Shown in pieces: positions 9,687 to 21,623 of a stretch of 64,000 bases of DNA. This stretch comes from a virus: IMG/VR virus record IMGVR_UViG_3300027973_000028, positions 64,001 through 128,000 of that record. One strand, given 5' to 3'. Each line of letters opens with the position of its first letter. Position 1 is the stretch's first letter. Made by a program: the position numbers and the translations under genes. The notes under the pieces are model-generated. The model saw only the letters and a list, made by a program, of their open reading frames with translations, did not search any database and had not been told where the DNA came from.

Positions 9687-12600
9687 TTAATACGAGCTAG
9701 CTAGCTGCTGATAAGGATCTGTCCCAACTTGCGGGATTCCAGAATACATAGTAGTGTCCATGTCGAAGTTTCCGAGCCCCATAGCCATGTCTTGGAATTG
9801 AGAAACCTGTCTTCTATTGCCGTATAAGTTAACTTTATAACTTACTCCTGGATTATAAGAAGTGGTTCCTATTTGCGGAATTTCTGCAAGCCTGTTTGGA
9901 TACTGGCCTTCATAGGCTGATCCACCAGGAAGTAAAGGTGGACCTTGAACTTTTTCTGGAGTATGATCTTTAAAATGTTGATATGCAAAACTGCCGACTA
10001 TTAAAGCGCCTGCTGCATATATTGAACTTCTAAATAAATTATCATTTTTAAATAAGTTTTTTAATTCACCAGATTTAATATATTCAGAGAACCTAACATA
10101 CTTACCTTTTGCATTCATGAAGGCAGTGTAGTCTTCATCGTTCATGGCTGCGTTAATTGCTTTCCTTAGGTTGTCATCACCGGTAAATGTTGTTTGACCT
10201 GTTGCGCCTAAGGCCTGAACTGTTGCTTGATCTTGTTGAAGTGCTTGGTTTGTTGCGTGAACCCTAACTGCTCTAGCTCTTCTTCTTGCCAAAGCAGCTT
10301 CTTCTTCAGTTGCGCCTTCTATTTCCTTACCTAATGCCGCTTGTGCCAAAAGACTTTCTTCTCGTGAAGCTGTGCCAGTGTTAAGGATATCTGTAAAGTA
10401 TTTATCAATTTGAGATGCACTAGTCGTGTTTGTTGCTACTAAATCATTTAATACTTGTTCTTCTAAATCTCCAGCTGCAATCCTGATTGCTCCTGCTGTT
10501 CTTTTTACTCTTGCAGTTGTAACTTGTCCGGCAAAATTCTCATCATCTAAATAATAAAGTCTTGATAAATCCATACCGCGTTGGCGAGTTAATGATTGTC
10601 TTTCAGCTGCAACTTTATCTACGGCATTTATTATTTCTTCTTTTGATAGACCAGTAATTTGTTGTGCCCCGGTAATATCCTCTGAGACTTGCTGACCTAA
10701 TCTGTATCTTCTTTCATCTGATAATATTTTTTCGTATTCTGAAGATTCATTTAATAATTTAGCTGTTGCATCTTGATATGATTCTGCGTGTTTATCAAGC
10801 AGGACGTTGGCTACTTTCCTTGCTTCTTCAGAGACATTTGTCGCAGCAAGAATATGATCTTGTGGCATTGAGGTAAGATTAAGTCTCTTTATTAAATCAA
10901 ATTGAGTTCTAGTTTCTTCTCCAATTTTATTTAACTTTGCTAACGATGCGTATTTATGGTCTGCGGATGCTCCAAATAATCTGGTCAATGCTGCTCTACG
11001 CTCAGCTTCAGAAAGTGGAACATTCAATAAATCTTTTTCTAATTCATCTAATTGAGTACCAGTTAACGTTTGAGCACCCCTTGCATCTTTTATTCCTTTT
11101 TGAATAGATGTAAATAGATCCTCTATATCAGATCTTGAAAGTCTATCTTCTAATAAGATTTGATCTATTACTGGTCTTAGACTTGCGTCAAATTGTCCAC
11201 CAAATTCCTGGGAAGTCATTAACGCAGTTGCTCCACCTATTCTTTCGCCTAAAGTTTTAACAGATTGTTTACCAATTATATCTATATTTAATCCATCTAT
11301 TATTTGTTCACTAGTATAACCAAGTGCTTTAAGAGCTGCATTTTGTATGGCTACTTGATCTCCGCCTTGAATAATAGCTTGAGATACTAATTCATTAATA
11401 TTTTTTATATTTCCTACAAAACGAGAACTTGAATAGTTAATGCTTGTGTCAATTGCTGTTTCTGAAGAAACTAGTCCTATTTGTTTTCTTAAAATATTTT
11501 TTAATTTGCCACTTATTTGAGCATTGTTTTCTATCAAATTAATATAATCATCAAATTGATTTAGTGTAGAACCAACAACCATAGTTCTATTTACGTAAAC
11601 ACCAAGTATGTTTCCTTCTTCTAGGGCTGCTGTTTCCATTTTTCTAAATACAGAATGAGTTAAAAGAGCTTGTAAGCCTTCATCATTTGAATTTGCTTGA
11701 ACCAATGATGTTAATTGTGTTCTCATTGCCTTTTGATCGGTAATTGATAGTGCGTTCTTCAAATCCGTATACAAACCACTATTTAAACCGCTCTTATATT
11801 TGTCAACCAATTCCCCCATCTGTTTATCCAAAGTAAAATCAAATGCACCTTCATCTTGAAATACTTTATAGATATTGCTTCTACTATACAGATCTGTATT
11901 CTTTAATGCAGATGGTCCATACTTAACAAGGTTTTGGAGCATTGTGTCATCCATCATCCCTATGCTTCTGCCCATTTGATTATATGTCTTAAATAAGACT
12001 TCTTCTACTTCTCTTTCAGAAAAAGAAAGACCACCTGATTGACCAGTTAAGTTTAATAAAAATTGACCAGCTGTATAATCACCGTTGGTTAGATAACTCA
12101 GACAAAGCTTTTATAAAATCTTCTTTTTCACCAAATAGAGCTTTTATAGTTCTCATATCATCTAATTTTGCACTAGCGATAATACTTTCCTGCACACCAG
12201 AAGGTTGTCTTGTTAAGCTAAAAGCTAATCTTTTATTTCCTGCTGCATCATCATAGGTTGTAAGTCTTGGCAAGCCTTTGTCGTCCAAGTCGAATCCACC
12301 CAATGATTGAAAGAATTCTGGAACTGCACCAGGTGCAAAAAATAATCTTCCATTACTAATTCTAAATTTTAATAACTCTGCTGTTTCCGTTTGGCCAGCT
12401 AATTTAAAATTAATATTTTCTATACCCTTACCAAGTATCGATCTTTCTCCCCCGCCTAAAGCTGCTGCAGTCTCAGTGCTTACTGCAAATCTTGATACGT
12501 TAGGCATTGTGGGTAAATATCTTGCTTGCCCTTCTTTTGTGGTCATTCTAAAGGCTTCTGATGCGAACGTGCTGTGGAGCAAGTTCATCATTTCTGGAGA

Positions 12601-14343
12601 TTGTTTAGGCCCTATACCTGATTGATGTAGTTCAAGAATTCTTCTTGCATATTCTTGGTTTCTTACTTTTGCCGACCTTACAGAAGCTGGAAGATTTGAA
12701 AGATCTTCTGTAATGTTTTTATTTAACATATTTCTAATTTTTTCAGGAAGAACATCTGAATTTATTGCGTCTTGAAAATCACCCATTACTTGAGCTGAAT
12801 ACTGCTGCATTGATTGAAGTTCTTCTGGACTTGCAAATATTTCAGGATGGAATGCAACAGAGACGGGATCAGCATACACATTGCCACTTGATGAACCAAA
12901 ACCGCTAATAGTTATAAAGTTTTTTGATCCAGCTAAGCCTATTTCTTCTTTCATTCCAGATCTGCCTATTATCATGGCTACATCTTCGAAACCAGTACCT
13001 AATTCCCTAATATCAAATGCTGTTTTTATTCCAGCTCCACCATAATATCCTCTACCAGTTACTTGATAGAGATTTTCTGCCGAACCCATAACACTTTTTC
13101 TTTCCTCCAATTGTGCCAGTTTTTGCATCAGCTGCTGTCTATTTGCTGGAGATGTTGAACTTGTTATGTTTTGTTTTAGTTGTTTTATTTGGATATCTAA
13201 TTCTTTAACTGCTCTATCGGTAACTCTTTTATTCAAAACTGCAATACCATCAAATTCTTTTTCTGCGTCATCCATAAACTGCTTAAAGACTTTATAATCA
13301 TCGTCACTCAATATGCCTTTTACTTGTTGTATTAAATCTTTATTACTTCCAGATTTGGATATAAGATCTCTTACATCTGATCTTCCAAGAACATTATTTA
13401 TAAATGCTTGTGGATCTTGAACTAAGTTTCCTAAAGATTTTTCTAAAATGGTTGCTGAATCTATTTGCCTTATTGCTTTTTGTTCTAGTGAATTTGCATT
13501 ACCTAATCCAAGTTGCTTTCTTAAAATCTCTAAACCCTCTTCAATAACAACAGCCTTAGGGTCTTTAACTCCTAGGGCTGCTTTTAAAGTGTCTTCAGTT
13601 ATAGTTATATCTCTTTCTGAGATTAAACCTTTCATTCTTTTAGTGATCTTTTCCATGAATGCATCTATTGGTTTATTGCCATTTTGTAATGGATCAAAAA
13701 TACTAGCAAATTTTTCTTGATTAAATATTGGATTACCAATAACACTTAACATGTAATAGGTTTCTTCGTCGGATAATATTTTTCCACCAACTTTGAATTG
13801 CAGTAAGTTTGCACCTTCTTCATCTATAAAAGGAATAAAGCCACCTTTATTTGGACCCGTTTCCGACATTTTTCTTATTGCTTGAAGAAAGTCTTTTGGC
13901 TTTGACCCCTTTTGTGTTTTACTTGCTATTATATTTGCACTTACGTCTGTCCCAATAGAAGAAACGTCTATGCCCATTGCCTTGAGTTTTGCTGCAGTTG
14001 CTGGATCTAAACTTTTTTCTTTTAGATTTTTTTGTATTTCACTTAATATTTCTCCAACTTGTGCATACTTTGGATTATTTGGATTGTTTATTAAGTTTGA
14101 TACAGAACCGGATGCCGCAGTTAGAGATTCAAACTGTGTCATCATTAATGAGCTTGCGCGAACAAATGCCTCTTGTGGACTACTCAATCTTTCGCCTGTT
14201 GCAGAAACAACATATTCTATAACATTTGTGGATGGATTTAATTCCACCCTTATAACTCCGCCTCTACCCATATCTGTTTTTCTAAGCGATTGTTGTGCAG
14301 CAGAAAGTCTCTTTGTTGGATCTTTAATAAAATCGTATAACAT
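9687..14343 (-). CDS. Large virion-associated protein (~1551 aa when joined by +1 shift at CGG 12082-12084); candidate two-barrel RNA polymerase-like protein
   Basis: The 754-aa ORF ends AAC CAA CGG TGA. The +1 frame (GGT GAT TAT ACA GCT GGT CAA...) is open across the gap into the 762-aa ORF. Motifs EFDGIAVL, GRGYYGGAGIK, RSGMK, LGGFDLDDK, LTRQPS. Confidence 0.7.
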
Positions 14344-17300
14344 TATCTCATCCCTGCTGCAATGCTAATCTCATTAGAACCAAATGGATTCATTACCGGA
14401 GTTACTGTTCCAGATACCCCAGCACCACTCATTATTTGCCTCAGCCTATATAGCACATCTGTTCTGGCGGAAGAAGAATCAAACACTGGGTAACTTGGAT
14501 TTGCTAAATTAGCTTCTTTTATCTGCTGTGGATAGTAACCCATTTGAGACATTTCAAGACCCATTGATTGACCTATCTTGACTTTTACATGATCCATGTT
14601 TGTATTTGGATGCCAACCTTCCCAAGATAAGTCTGGTAGTTGGTGTCTTTGGAAGTACTCAGCTAAATCTGGCTTCTCTTCTACTGGCATGCCCCATGCA
14701 GCTTCGTAGATTCTTCTTTCTAATCTGCCAGCTGTTGAAAGAATTCTTTCTCTTTCTGGTGCTGGAGCATTTAACATTTCTACAAAGTGTTCTCTTTTTC
14801 TTTTTGGTATGGCAAGTTTTAACATATCGATTGGCATTCCATAAAGGTCTGCTCCATACATTGTTCTTTTTGCAGTTTGCCTATATTGATTTGCTGCAGC
14901 AGAATCTCCTGCCTGTTGTGCCATGGATGCTAATCTAGTATTTTTTGTGTACGTTAATATATCTGAATATTCTTCAAGAGCAAGTTCTTTCTTTCTTTGC
15001 AGTGGCATATATCTTTGGCCAGTTAATTTTTGACTGAGCTGGGATATTGCAGATACACCTCCACCAACTAATGTGCCCACAGCACTACCAAATAATTTTG
15101 CCTTTGGAGTTCTTCCAAAGAATGAACCAGTTACACCCAGGGCTGCTGCTGCCGTTAATGGATCTCTCTGAGTTGCCTTATTGAGCATTGGTTCAATAAA
15201 ACTTTCAAATGGCCTTTGCCATTGTGGGAAAGTTGCTCCATAAACATTTCTTCTTTCCCAATCCTCAGTTGCTGTTCTCTTATTTAAAAATTTAGTATTA
15301 AACAAAGTATCTCGATGAGCAATATACTCTCCAAGTCTTTGCATTCTTCCTATACTGCCGCCTACTGTGTTCTTTTGATCTGGATAAGGAGTAAAATCAT
15401 ATTTGCTTGTTGTTTCTTCTACTCTTCCTCTAATCTCTTGAACTTTTATTTTTTGATCAGGACTTAGAGCCATTTTGTCCATCATACTATTTAAAGATTT
15501 GAATTGCTGAGAATATGGAGCAACGTCGGCAAGGATTTTAAATTGATCAACTAATCCATACTTACCAGTTTCATCTGCTGATATTCTATTAAATCTTTCA
15601 TATCCTCTTCCAGGAAGTCTTACTTCTCCTTCTTGGACTTTTGTAAATGGATCTCCTGTTTGAAAGTTAATATAATATTCTGGACCAGGCATGAATGGAT
15701 ATTGCTTGCCCATCGTATTGGCGATTGGATTTATGTAATCTATTCCAGTTCTTTCTTTTGGAATAAATCTTCTTACGATTTCAGAAAATTCTATATTACC
15801 CAAAGCACCTTGTGCTGGAATTGGAACGTCACCTAAACCACCAAGGTTAAGGTCCCAGAATGCTCTTGATGTTCCATAACCCTTTGATGCTGATTGTAAC
15901 ATTGCTTTATTGGGCTCAAAATCACCTTGACCAAATCCAAATTTTTCTCTAAGACTTGCAAATCCAAATCCATAAATACCAGCCATTTCTTGAGCTCTAT
16001 AGCCGAATTCTCCAGATAGATCAGATTCTATTGGCTGACCAGCTGAAGCAACTCTTGGTGGCATTATTCCTCTTTGCTTTGGTGGGCCATAAGACATCTG
16101 CATCAGCGGTTGGTTTAATCCCGCTATGGAATTACGTGTCATGCCACGTGCAGTGTTTAGAGGATATTGTGCTGCTCCCCTTAAGTTCGCATTTGAACCA
16201 CCAACCTGAGAAGAAACCATAGCCGAAGAATAAGATCCACCGGGACCACCACCTGCACCTCTGGTTATCGGTATGACATTTGAACCACCTCCCATTCCAG
16301 CATTGTAAGCACTGGCGTCATATGCCCCATATTGACCAGCTGGCACATACTGACCAAGACCCTGCATAACTTCTTGTTGATGCATTGCAACTTGTGGTTT
16401 AAGAACTCTGCCAACAGTCGCGTTGAGAACGGTATTTATAGGGCCAAAAGGACCAGTAAAATATTCTCCAGTTATTGGGTATGGTCTATCTTCGTAATGT
16501 TTTCTTTCAAATCTATATGGATCTAATGGTCTTAGCGGAGAAATATCATTGTTAAATAAGAATTTTTCTGCTGGACTTCCATATGTATCAGAAGTAAATA
16601 GCGCACCACCTTGCAGTTTTCTATACCAAGATGGCCTATAGTATTGGATCTTTCCACCCTTAAATGGCGTATTGCCCAATGGCCAATATCTACCTTGCCT
16701 AATTGGGACTTCTCCATCTAGAAGTTGTTCCTTCTTTTCCTCTTTGGTCATACCGCCAGGAGTTAGGCCAGCCGCTATTGCTTGAGTTTCAACTATTCCT
16801 CTAGCTACTTTTGTTGTTACAAATGGAGAATATGTTTTTTCTCCATAATTATCTTCTGGTCCAAGTGCTCCACCCAACATTCTGTCTGCTGTAAAAGCTG
16901 CTGTTCCAGCGGCATATATTGGAAGAACTCGCTTGCCCACCATTCCTCTTGCATATAGGTCTAATGGACCCTTGAACTTGGATACATCTAACTGCATTCC
17001 TAGTGTTCCAAAGTATCTATTCAAACGCTCTACACCCTGTGATATTGGTGTTGATGCCGTAGAATAAGAACTTGGATCAGAATATGTCGTTAAACCCAAT
17101 GCACTCTTGATTGCGCCAAATGGATTCTTTTCAAATACCGTTCCAAAAGTCGGAACAAATGTAACCTTTTGGCCAGATCCTAATACGTCAGTTGAAAGTT
17201 CTCCAATTTTGTAAGGAGCAGTTCCAAATGCTTTTTTAAATGGTGGCAGGAACGAAGAGAATGGCCTCTTTATGTTTGTACTTATAACAGATGCAGAACC

Positions 17301-20300
17301 AGATGTATATGGAGTAAAAAAACTCTTTACAGCTCCGCTTGCTTTGCCCGTTGCAAATTGTGCCAATTGACCTGCGGCACTTCTAGCATTGTCGAAAAGC
17401 TGAGCGTCTCTCTTATACGTTAAGAATGCACTGGTATTGAATAGTGTCGATAGTGCTGCGGCTTGAGCTTCAGCAAATTCTGATGCAGGTAATTGTGATT
17501 TAAGTTTTAATATTACATCTTGCATTGCGATGAACATGTCATCTTGTCTACCTCCCAATGCAGGATTACCAGTTAATGCAGCATTGGTTTGCGAAACAAA
17601 TCTAAATATTTCATTTCGCATTTCGTCCATTTTTGTTGAAATGGTCGGAGATCTTCCTGCAAGTTGCGAAGTTGCTAATAAATTACTTTCTCTTTGTAGT
17701 TTTCTTACGTTAGAAAAAGATTGTTCTATAACTCTTGGATCAATGCCCATTTGCCTTGCTTGGGCCTTTAGCATTGGGAGAGAGGCTTCTATTTCATCAG
17801 CAAAGTCAAACATTTCTTTTTGCGTAGTTAGATTTGCTGCACCCTTATTCAGTGGACCAAAAGTAAATAATGACTTATCAAAATCTTCTAGTTGCTTCAT
17901 TACTTTTCTTGGAAGACCATATTGAAAGCTATTCTTTCTTAGGTCATTCATTGCAGTTAGTATTTGTCTTTCTTCAATACCGCTAACTGCTGCACCGGCT
18001 TCATCTATAAAGCTAACTCCACCACCACCAGAGTTCAATCTAATTTTTTTAGATATACTATCTGTTTTAAGTGTTACTTCTTCACCGGTTAATAATTTTG
18101 ATAATATTTTTGGATTATTTACGTCAACATTTCTTTTTTGAAATCTAGATAGAAGACCAAATATAGAGTTTGGTTGCTCAGAATCAACTGCCATTCTGCT
18201 TTTAAATTTAACAGCTCTTTGATTATTGCTAGAATTATTTAATACTCTATCTAAAAATCTAGAACCAGATTGACCAGTTACTTCATATGCCGCTTGACCA
18301 GAAAGACCAGCTGCATACCTGGCATGTCTTGTGAGCATCTCTGTACTGTTAGTTGGAAGTGGTCTATATGTTCCTCTTAATGTTTTTCCAAATGTTGCAC
18401 CAGATTCTGAGTTAACGGAGAAGCTAGTAACTTTTCCTTTTGTGCCAAGGAATCCACCAGTGCTATGCCATATATGGAAATCTGCCTTAGAAGATGCTAA
18501 GTCTCCAAATGGTTGCACCGATCTTCCAGGGCTATACTGAAGTGGACCTCTTCTAGCCATATCAGAAAAAGATCTAAATCCAAATAGATCAGCTGGATTT
18601 AATTTGATTATTGGTATATGAAATTCAGAAGCAAAGAAACTAGCTGTATTTGAAAATGTATTTTTAATCGTACTAAAATCAAGAATATTTCCTGATCTAG
18701 TTTTATATACTCCATCTAATCTATTGAGACCTATTGATTTTGAGACTGGATCATTAATAGCCATTCTTCCAGCAAGGTCTGATATTACTCTTTTTTGCGA
18801 ACTTGGTAGTCCTCTAAATCTATCTTGCTGTATTGCCTCATCTATGAGCAGTGGTTTAAGACCAAATATATTATAGTTTCCACCAAATAAACCAGAAGAT
18901 ATTTGTCTCTTCTCTAAAAGAAACGATCTTAACCCTACAAGATCATTTGGATTAAAGCCTCTATTTGCTAATCCTCTTTTAATGATATCATCTGATACCA
19001 TTCTTCCAGAATCATTTTTAAGTTTTATTCCAAGTACTTGTGCGGTTTTTCTTTGTAGAAACTGTTGTTTTGCCGAACTTAGTGGACCAACAAATTCATT
19101 ATAAACAGCTTTTTGTGGCTTAAGAACTGTTCCAGCAATATCGACTAAATCATTTCTTGAAAATGAGTTCCATTGACTGTTAATTTTGTTTCTCATTCCA
19201 AGTTGGAATTCTTTACTTAAGAATTGAGAATTTGTTTCATCAATAATTTCTTTTAAGAAATTTTGTGGACTTGTTCCTCCAGCAGCGGTGGTTAAAGATT
19301 GTTCAAAACTTTTCCCATGTTTAAGAGTTTTATATTTTTTAAGAACAATATCGTAATATTCACTTTCATCTGCAACAATTGTTGATCGACCTATTGAAAT
19401 TACGTTAGTGGAATGAGAACCTCTTCCAGGAGTATTTACTCTTAATTGATTAACAAAATCGTCTATTGCATCGTCGCCCATAACTCCTTTAGCTCTTAAT
19501 CTCTGAGCAAGAAGGTCTTTATAAGCGGTTGTTTGTCCACCAGTATAGAATTCTGATCTTTGGAAATTCTTATCCCCTGGGCCACCAGCACCAAGTATGG
19601 ATACCTGTCCAGCAAGGCGTGTTAATCTACTTGAATGCTGAGATTGAATTATTTGTATTGACTTTTCAAAAGAATTCCTAGAAGCAGTGCCCACTGCCAT
19701 CGATGCATCAGATATTATCTGATTGTATTTTATTGAACTCTGAAGGGCATCATAAGCTTGCCCTGACATTTTGAATTCTTTATATCCAGATTTTATTGCA
19801 CCGCTTAAACCTCTAAATGCAGGGATAGCATCAAAAGCTCCATATTGTACTGTTCTATTCGTTCCTGGAATTGTAGCTGGAGAATCAAGACCAAATGCAA
19901 AAGCTTTTACAGCTGCCATTGCCCTTTGTGCTGAACTTGAATTTTTTGCTCTAGCTGCATCAGCGGCAATTACTGGACCATGCCTAGCGTCATATAGAGA
20001 CTGAACAAACCTCGGTTGTTCCTTAAACGCCTCAGCAGCTGCGTTAAATCCACCACTTAACTGTGATGATTTCTTTAAAAATTTATTAGAGATAGATGCT
20101 GCGTCGTGACCAACTTCAGACAATACCTCAGATAGATCTACAATATTTCTACTAAGAGCTTGCCTTCCTGGGCTCATACTTCTCAGTGAACCCATTGAGT
20201 TCTTGAAATTCATCAATGAACTTCTTGTTGCAGTTGAGCTACTTCCTAGTATTTCAAATGGAAGAACAGTAGTTGCAAGGTTGGTTACCGAAGTCTTAAC

Positions 20301-20966
20301 GAAATCGCTTACTACGTCTACTGGATTATACCAATTTACTTTTTTCTTGTCTTCATTATTGCCAAAAAGATTGTCTGTCAAACCTCTTTGTGTGACATAC
20401 AAAGCTGGAAGTTCATATGGAAGTCTTCTTCCGGCTCTAACTAATCTCTTTTGTATTTCATCTTGCATCGTAAACAATGCAGGGGGTGCGTGAGTTGGGC
20501 CTCTTTGAGCTTGTCTTATTTCGTCTTTTGTAAGATTATAAAGTCTATTAGATTCGCTGTTTACACCTTTATATCCAGTTGTTAATCCTTCTTCAGTTTC
20601 AAATACAAGCTTTGAGTATGGATCAACACCATCTTCGACAAATCTTTTAACACCTTGCAGTTGATCAAGATGTCTTCTTATGTCTGTTATTGTTCTAACT
20701 GAAGAAGTGGCAAAGTCAGTTGTAGAATTCTGTAACTTTTGGGCTAACTTGAGTCCACCCTTTTTCATCATTGCAGACATGACGCCAGCAACGGCTATTG
20801 TTGCTCCTGTATGAGCAAAGAATCTCATGACCGGATGGCCATCTAGGGCCTTTGTTAGTTGACCACTGTTGGGAGAAACACCTTCGGTTTCTCCTTCATT
20901 GAATGATAGATCTCTGGACGTAACACCATAACCTAAGTTATGAATCGGTCCACGATCTCTAATCAA
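14343..20966 (-). CDS. Tape-measure-like protein (2207 aa)
   Basis: Very long, Gly/Ala-rich with hydrophobic Gly-rich segments, immediately after two tail-chaperone-like genes. TAATG stop/start overlap with the next gene. Confidence 0.65.
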   Translation of the reverse strand: MIRDRGPIHNLGYGVTSRDLSFNEGETEGVSPNSGQLTKALDGHPVMRFFAHTGATIAVAGVMSAMMKKGGLKLAQKLQNSTTDFATSSVRTITDIRRHLDQLQGVKRFVEDGVDPYSKLVFETEEGLTTGYKGVNSESNRLYNLTKDEIRQAQRGPTHAPPALFTMQDEIQKRLVRAGRRLPYELPALYVTQRGLTDNLFGNNEDKKKVNWYNPVDVVSDFVKTSVTNLATTVLPFEILGSSSTATRSSLMNFKNSMGSLRSMSPGRQALSRNIVDLSEVLSEVGHDAASISNKFLKKSSQLSGGFNAAAEAFKEQPRFVQSLYDARHGPVIAADAARAKNSSSAQRAMAAVKAFAFGLDSPATIPGTNRTVQYGAFDAIPAFRGLSGAIKSGYKEFKMSGQAYDALQSSIKYNQIISDASMAVGTASRNSFEKSIQIIQSQHSSRLTRLAGQVSILGAGGPGDKNFQRSEFYTGGQTTAYKDLLAQRLRAKGVMGDDAIDDFVNQLRVNTPGRGSHSTNVISIGRSTIVADESEYYDIVLKKYKTLKHGKSFEQSLTTAAGGTSPQNFLKEIIDETNSQFLSKEFQLGMRNKINSQWNSFSRNDLVDIAGTVLKPQKAVYNEFVGPLSSAKQQFLQRKTAQVLGIKLKNDSGRMVSDDIIKRGLANRGFNPNDLVGLRSFLLEKRQISSGLFGGNYNIFGLKPLLIDEAIQQDRFRGLPSSQKRVISDLAGRMAINDPVSKSIGLNRLDGVYKTRSGNILDFSTIKNTFSNTASFFASEFHIPIIKLNPADLFGFRSFSDMARRGPLQYSPGRSVQPFGDLASSKADFHIWHSTGGFLGTKGKVTSFSVNSESGATFGKTLRGTYRPLPTNSTEMLTRHARYAAGLSGQAAYEVTGQSGSRFLDRVLNNSSNNQRAVKFKSRMAVDSEQPNSIFGLLSRFQKRNVDVNNPKILSKLLTGEEVTLKTDSISKKIRLNSGGGGVSFIDEAGAAVSGIEERQILTAMNDLRKNSFQYGLPRKVMKQLEDFDKSLFTFGPLNKGAANLTTQKEMFDFADEIEASLPMLKAQARQMGIDPRVIEQSFSNVRKLQRESNLLATSQLAGRSPTISTKMDEMRNEIFRFVSQTNAALTGNPALGGRQDDMFIAMQDVILKLKSQLPASEFAEAQAAALSTLFNTSAFLTYKRDAQLFDNARSAAGQLAQFATGKASGAVKSFFTPYTSGSASVISTNIKRPFSSFLPPFKKAFGTAPYKIGELSTDVLGSGQKVTFVPTFGTVFEKNPFGAIKSALGLTTYSDPSSYSTASTPISQGVERLNRYFGTLGMQLDVSKFKGPLDLYARGMVGKRVLPIYAAGTAAFTADRMLGGALGPEDNYGEKTYSPFVTTKVARGIVETQAIAAGLTPGGMTKEEKKEQLLDGEVPIRQGRYWPLGNTPFKGGKIQYYRPSWYRKLQGGALFTSDTYGSPAEKFLFNNDISPLRPLDPYRFERKHYEDRPYPITGEYFTGPFGPINTVLNATVGRVLKPQVAMHQQEVMQGLGQYVPAGQYGAYDASAYNAGMGGGSNVIPITRGAGGGPGGSYSSAMVSSQVGGSNANLRGAAQYPLNTARGMTRNSIAGLNQPLMQMSYGPPKQRGIMPPRVASAGQPIESDLSGEFGYRAQEMAGIYGFGFASLREKFGFGQGDFEPNKAMLQSASKGYGTSRAFWDLNLGGLGDVPIPAQGALGNIEFSEIVRRFIPKERTGIDYINPIANTMGKQYPFMPGPEYYINFQTGDPFTKVQEGEVRLPGRGYERFNRISADETGKYGLVDQFKILADVAPYSQQFKSLNSMMDKMALSPDQKIKVQEIRGRVEETTSKYDFTPYPDQKNTVGGSIGRMQRLGEYIAHRDTLFNTKFLNKRTATEDWERRNVYGATFPQWQRPFESFIEPMLNKATQRDPLTAAAALGVTGSFFGRTPKAKLFGSAVGTLVGGGVSAISQLSQKLTGQRYMPLQRKKELALEEYSDILTYTKNTRLASMAQQAGDSAAANQYRQTAKRTMYGADLYGMPIDMLKLAIPKRKREHFVEMLNAPAPERERILSTAGRLERRIYEAAWGMPVEEKPDLAEYFQRHQLPDLSWEGWHPNTNMDHVKVKIGQSMGLEMSQMGYYPQQIKEANLANPSYPVFDSSSARTDVLYRLRQIMSGAGVSGTVTPVMNPFGSNEISIAAGMR

Positions 20967-20984
20967 TTTAATTCCCCTTGGTTA

Positions 20985-21614
20985 TTATTGCATACCCCAA
21001 AGCTTTTGGGCTATTGGGTCTTGGTAATCTGCTTCTCCTGTTTTCTTGGAAAGATTATGCCTTGCCGCTGACTGCTTTTGTTTTGCGGATTCTTCTTCCG
21101 GATCTATTAGCTGAAGAGTAATATTGGTTGATTCAATTCCATTTATATTTTGTTTTATTTCTATAATTTTCTCAGATAGGGCAACCATTTCTGCCAATTG
21201 AGAGAAAGTCATCTTATCTAAGTCCTCAGGAGAGTATGTAGTTATAGTAGCCAAAACAAAGGCTTTCATTAAGCTTCTTACTTCATTAGCTTTTTCTCTT
21301 TTAGATTCCAATATTTGCTTAGCTAAACCAGCGGAGAAGAATCCAGAAAAGTCCATTATCTCTTGAGCCAAAGAAGAGATTAATCCAGGCTGGATTGCAT
21401 CTACAGAAAAGTTGTCAGGATATACAACGGCACAATTAATAATTAAATCTTCTGCGTCTAAAGAAGATGTTTCTTCAGAATTTTTATATTCAAGAATTTT
21501 GTCATATTCATCGAATGTTAATTCTCTAAAAATTACTTCTTGATTTTTTAGATTAACACTGAATATAGAACCATGTTTCTTTTTAAGTTCATAAAGCTTT
21601 TCAGGTTCTATCAT
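20985..21614 (-). CDS. Tail assembly chaperone-like protein 2
   Basis: LKKKHGSIF...VIFRELTFDEY motif, similar to the adjacent 171-aa gene; lies between tube and tape-measure genes. Confidence 0.65.
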   Translation of the reverse strand: MIEPEKLYELKKKHGSIFSVNLKNQEVIFRELTFDEYDKILEYKNSEETSSLDAEDLIINCAVVYPDNFSVDAIQPGLISSLAQEIMDFSGFFSAGLAKQILESKREKANEVRSLMKAFVLATITTYSPEDLDKMTFSQLAEMVALSEKIIEIKQNINGIESTNITLQLIDPEEESAKQKQSAARHNLSKKTGEADYQDPIAQKLWGMQ

Positions 21615-21623
21615 GTTCTAAAA

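Noticed and set aside
12079-12081. TGA readthrough or stop-codon reassignment joining the 754-aa and 762-aa ORFs
   Set aside because: The two ORFs are in different frames and frame 0 meets another TGA about 20 codons later. TGA and TAG end normal genes here (34763, 33848, 22217).
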